DNA of 34,206 bases from the NCBI GenBank assembly GCA_964361085.1, contig CAYHZK010000001.1, forward strand, positions 1-34,206, read 5' to 3'. Position 1 is the first letter of the stretch, and every line of letters starts with the position of its first letter. Of this stretch, positions 33,981 to 34,206 are shown in pieces. Source of the DNA: an uncultured Planctomycetales bacterium (lineage in GTDB: Bacteria > Omnitrophota > Gorgyraeia > Zapsychrales > JANLHA01). A model generated the notes under the pieces. The model had not been told where the DNA came from. It saw only the letters and a list, made by a program, of their open reading frames with translations, and did no database searches. The translations under genes were made by a program, and so were the position numbers.

Positions 33981-34206
33981 ATGCCGTTATATAAAATCCA
34001 GAAAAAGGTTCTGAGTGTTGCCCCTCACGCCGTGCAGTTTCTAAACGGCCTGACATCAAACTCGCTGGACAAGCCTCAGAACGCGTTTTTGAATATTCAC
34101 GGCCGGATTATTGCGACCTTTGATCAGATCCGGATGAGCGATGATGAATTCTTGATCGTCATCGAGACGGCATACGTCGAGATGGTTTTGCATCATACCG
34201 AACGGT
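33981..34206 (+). CDS. YgfZ/CAF17-like folate-binding protein (GcvT-fold), N-terminal fragment running off the window
   Basis: Hand translation gives 'MPLYKIQKKVLSVAPHAVQFLNGLTSNSLDKPQNAFLNIHGRIIATFD...'. The 'FLNGLTSN' motif is typical of this family. The frame is open to the window end. Confidence 0.55.
   Translation, partial: MPLYKIQKKVLSVAPHAVQFLNGLTSNSLDKPQNAFLNIHGRIIATFDQIRMSDDEFLIVIETAYVEMVLHHTER

Noticed and set aside
1-34206. CRISPR arrays, tRNA, rRNA, tmRNA or other housekeeping RNA genes.
   Set aside because: No regularly spaced direct repeats were seen. No intergenic region is long enough or has cloverleaf-like features. All gaps longer than 100 nt are accounted for by promoters, leaders, terminators or the palindromic element.

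Overview
This is a 34.2-kb bacterial chromosomal window with mid-range GC and tightly packed, mostly plus-strand operons. The taxon cannot be assigned from sequence alone. All family names below come from reading motifs by eye, not from database searches.

Layout, left to right:
- 3' part of mnmA.
- A three-gene Type III restriction-modification locus: mod, then an embedded AlbA_2/Schlafen-like HATPase_c_4-like wHTH gene, then res. This is the only clearly accessory region and my best candidate for something undescribed.
- pgi.
- A membrane-anchored hypothetical gene followed by tatA and tatC.
- A small orphan gene with its own promoter.
- A minus-strand YfhO-like polytopic membrane protein, preceded by a tiny Lys-rich ORF and a terminator.
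- hemW.
- A minus-strand polyprenyl synthase.
- A secreted DUF2059-like protein.
- A 12-kb purine super-operon behind a sigma70-like promoter and a ~165-nt structured leader: purB, purC, purS-purS-purL fusion, LOG-family gene, purQ, purM, purD, purE, tsaC::LMW-phosphatase fusion, rpiB, glyA.
- A 142-bp G/C-tract-rich imperfect palindrome containing a G-quadruplex motif.
- nrdR, a DUF151 nuclease, cca, a macro-like::Nudix fusion, a tiny TM ORF and radC.
- An SDR oxidoreductase and the 5' end of a YgfZ-like folate-binding protein.

I saw no rRNA, tRNA, CRISPR array, transposase or integrase.
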